Assembly: GCF_006345805.1 (NCBI RefSeq)
Contig: NW_021835997.1
Location: 62,001 to 126,000, forward strand
DNA: 64,000 bases
Direction of reading: 5' to 3'
DNA from: Octopus sinensis
Lineage: Eukaryota
Shown: positions 60,916-64,000 of the stretch, piece after piece
Layout: every line of letters begins with the position of its first letter
Numbering within the stretch: the stretch's first letter is position 1
Notes under the pieces: generated by a model
What the model was told of the DNA's origin: nothing
The model's database searches: none
Seen by the model: only the letters and a program-made list of their open reading frames with translations
Position numbers and translations under genes: made by a program

Positions 60916-61017
60916 GATGAATATGTGAATAATGTTCTTCATAGATATGTCTTTGATGAATATGTGAAATTAATTTACTTGATGAATATGTGAATAATGT
61001 TCTTCATAGATATGTCT
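60914..61017. repeat. 39-bp direct repeat plus a partial third copy at the R4 5' junction
   Basis: ttgatgaatatgtgaataatgttcttcatagatatgtct at 60914-60952 and 60979-61017; a 16-nt partial copy at 60953-60968. Confidence 0.9.
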
Positions 61018-61111
61018 ATTGCTAATGGCTTGCAAAAAACATATGCCCTTCAAAAAGATTGTTTTTGGTTTCAAAATCAATAATTAACAAATTATTCAAG
61101 AATGATTATAT

Positions 61112-63170
61112 TTAAATATCAGTTCTAGCATCCGAATATTTATATCGATTTCCGTCTCGATTTTCTTTACAGGCTGGGCCATATTTGTGATCAGGAAGAA
61201 ACAAAGAACATATTCGCTGAAACTTAGTTTATAAAAATACTTTTTTTCAATAAAAAAATCTTGGATGATCCTATATGCGGCATATATTGGAATACATATC
61301 ACTGGGGATAGCAACACTCCCCACCCTAAAAAGCGCGCAAACGTTGGAGGAACGACTCCATTAATCGTAAAATCTTCAAATGTATATATTGAAAAAACAA
61401 AAATCGTCTTAAAGTGACAATACATTCATACGATTAATCCAATAGGACACGTAAAAGACCAACTAAATACCCAATAGTAATTCGGCTTGAATCCCATCAT
61501 CATTTGATAGTCTTTATTAAAGTTTTTAATTCCATAAATCCAAAAAACTGATACCACCTCAAAAATAGCGATTACTATGAGCGATAGGCCGCAACTGGTG
61601 TCAATCAGCAGGATTACCCAATAAATTTCCCCCAAAATAATAACTAGAAAAATAAAACTTGTGTTGTCTGTGGAATACTAAGTACAAAACCAATAATGGA
61701 ACAAGTCAAAGTTGTAATTGTTATCCATTTTTTCAAAAAAGAAAAACAATCAAAAAGGATTGAAATAGCCGTGTCAAACATGCCAAACTACAATGCATCA
61801 CAAAGCAAATACCTGACTGTCTAGTCCCACCATTATGATCATAAGAAACGTCAAGGATGACCAGAATTGGGCTCCAGGCAATAATGACAGCACTTCAGGG
61901 TATACAATAAATATCAGACCAGCACCTGAGGTAGTGAGTGGATTAATAAAACCGTCGAGAATGACTTTGTCGACGCTGATTCCAGTCTGATAACTCAGGT
62001 GTCCGACAACGGCGAAAACTGCAAAGCCAGCATAAAAACTCGTGCAGCAATTAACTAGAGCGCATATTATGGCATCTTTGTTAAAGTTGTAGTGGAAATT
62101 ATTGTATGAAGAATAAAACATCAACGAACCAAATCCAATACCCAAAGAAGCAAATATCTGAAATGCCGCTCCAATCCAAACCTATATATACAGAAATGAG
62201 ACAATACGGATCCTTTCTTGAGTTCATTCCAAGTCGGACTTATATAATATATAATCCCCTTATATGCATTTTTTAGCATAGCTCCTCGAACTAAAAGAAT
62301 AGTTAACAACAAATAAGGGAGAGTAGCCGTGAGATAGACCGCCTTTTTATTAATGAATAATACCTTTCCGCTACTTTTTATTCCTCTAATAAAACAGACA
62401 AAAACCAAAGCCCACTCGACAAAATTAGCTCCTAGGAGGCTATAAACGACATGGCCAGTGTTTCCAATGCTGTCACTTTTGTCTAATATTTTATACCTTC
62501 GTTAAAAAATCAAAATCATACATCCAAAATTCTTCAGCAGCGGAGACCGGCCTAAATGTACTGCAATTAAAATGAGTCCAAAGATTGTTTAAAATTTGCT
62601 CAGAAAATGCGTTATTGTCCAGTAGGAATTGCTTGGTGGATTCATTGTCGCATATTAAGTTTTTATTTATTGATTCTAGAATATTCATAAAAAGATACTT
62701 AGGGTCAACAGTCCAGGAATGTCCACAGTTGAGTTTGTAAGTCTATTCACGCAATTTTCTGTATTCCAAGGATTGTTACATTCCTTCCAAGGCAAATTGG
62801 TTTTCAAAGAATAATAAAAGTATAGAATCGCATATGAAATGACTGTATTGGAGTACGATGAAACATTAAATGAAATCACACACATCCCATATCCGATTCC
62901 TCTCATTATTGAGACCATCGCAAATGAATTTACTGGACGACTTGAACTGAATTGTCCAATAGCAAATTCCATGTTCAATAACGGAATCCCAATTATAAAT
63001 AGAAATATAAAATACGGTACAAGAAAGCCACCTAATTATTAAGCAAAATAGAGACAACCTCCTCCGTTAGAGTAGGCCTTGTAAGGAAACCGCCAAATGT
63101 TCCCAAGGCCGACTGCATATCCAATGACGGACAAAACAAATTCAATTTGATTTGACCATTTCTCGTTCAT
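61112..63170 (-). CDS. SLC6 sodium:neurotransmitter symporter family transporter with about 10 micro-introns
   Basis: [30 protein letters not shown]...NGGG|GFLVPY, LPW..C...[37 protein letters not shown]. Introns 63032-63058, 62676-62698, 62497-62521, 62343-62363, 62182-62207, 61926-61952, 61788-61812, 61633-61658, 61408-61431 and about 61217-61240. The last junction is one base out of frame as assembled. Confidence 0.9.
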
Positions 63171-64000
63171 GAATAAGAATTGGATGAATATTTATAAAAT
63201 CAAAATTCTATGTAATTTAGGTTAGCAATAATTTATTGTTACTAATCAAACTAAAATAAAAAACTAATAATATTAATAAAATACATCAATCAGGAAGGAA
63301 AAATATGGCAATATTGTTTTAAAAAAATAAACTGCTTCACTCTATTTTAAATTTCGAAGAGTCCCGGGAATCAAGACTGAAATTAGTAGAATAAAACAAA
63401 AAATTTGACTTTTATAACAAATAAGAGTCAATGAGTATTATCATTGATAATTGACCAAAAATAAAAAAACAAGTGATAAAACAGCTTTTATCTAAATATT
63501 ATTAACTGGAAAAAATAGTTTTGTTGTCACCGACAAATTAAAGCAGCTTTTTACCTGTAAACTAAAAAATATTTCATGTATTTAAGTGATGATTTACAAA
63601 AATATGATTTAACTGAAGTTTCTTTTCACTGTAGCCTTAGTTTAACTGCTTTTTTTCTCTATTTTTTCTTCAAAAACGGAGACTGTCAATATATTATGTT
63701 GTGGATTGAGTAAACATCACTAAACTAAGTAAAACTAAATATGCGTTCTGTTTAAAGGTTTTGTTGATCAAGAAAACAAATAAAATAAATTTATTCGTTA
63801 AAATATATATAACTGTTCATGTTTATATTTCTCATGAAGACATTTTTCGTTTAAACGAATCCAAAGCAGATATCATCAGGACAATTAATTGAATTTTGTT
63901 CCATTTTTTCTCCACAAAATGAACAATTTGTTTCCTGATAGTTCGTTTCGATTTCTTCAATATTTTTTTCTAAAAATTTCGACAAATCGAGAAAAACATT

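Overview
AT-rich eukaryotic nuclear DNA, not prokaryotic. A POU-homeobox gene indicates a metazoan. Nearly every host gene is split by ultrashort spliceosomal introns; the roughly 45 I resolved by hand are all 21-30 nt. That size is known from highly reduced parasitic animals such as dicyemids and some myxozoans, but the taxon cannot be fixed from this window. The first component is transposon debris, mostly truncated or internally deleted: about 11 pieces of CRE-clade RLE retrotransposons, R4-, RTE- and Jockey-like LINEs, Ginger-type integrase DNA transposons, Tigger/pogo, Tc1/IS630, hAT and Merlin. The second is host-gene sequence. SLC7, SLC6, VAP-like, POU, RING and two small orphan ORFs are apparently intact or nearly so. 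KRR1, a furin-like convertase, two IGHMBP2-like helicases, a Nup98 autoprotease domain, Flightless-I, an ACBD3/TMED8-like GOLD gene, RPS26 and a MutS homolog are intron-retaining fragments or pseudogenes. Four signals stand out. (1) A 2-kb gene-bearing insert is circularly permuted and flanked by a 35-bp target duplication, and three zero-spacer head-to-tail gene chimeras occur nearby; together these suggest reintegration of extrachromosomal DNA circles. (2) Several introns of modal length have non-canonical ends (GA/GG donor; TG, AA, CG acceptors). (3) DNA transposons carry host-sized micro-introns. (4) A possible negative-strand RNA virus nucleoprotein remnant is fused to a retrotransposon. 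All homology calls rest on motif recognition by eye, not database searches, and the ends of degenerate elements are approximate.
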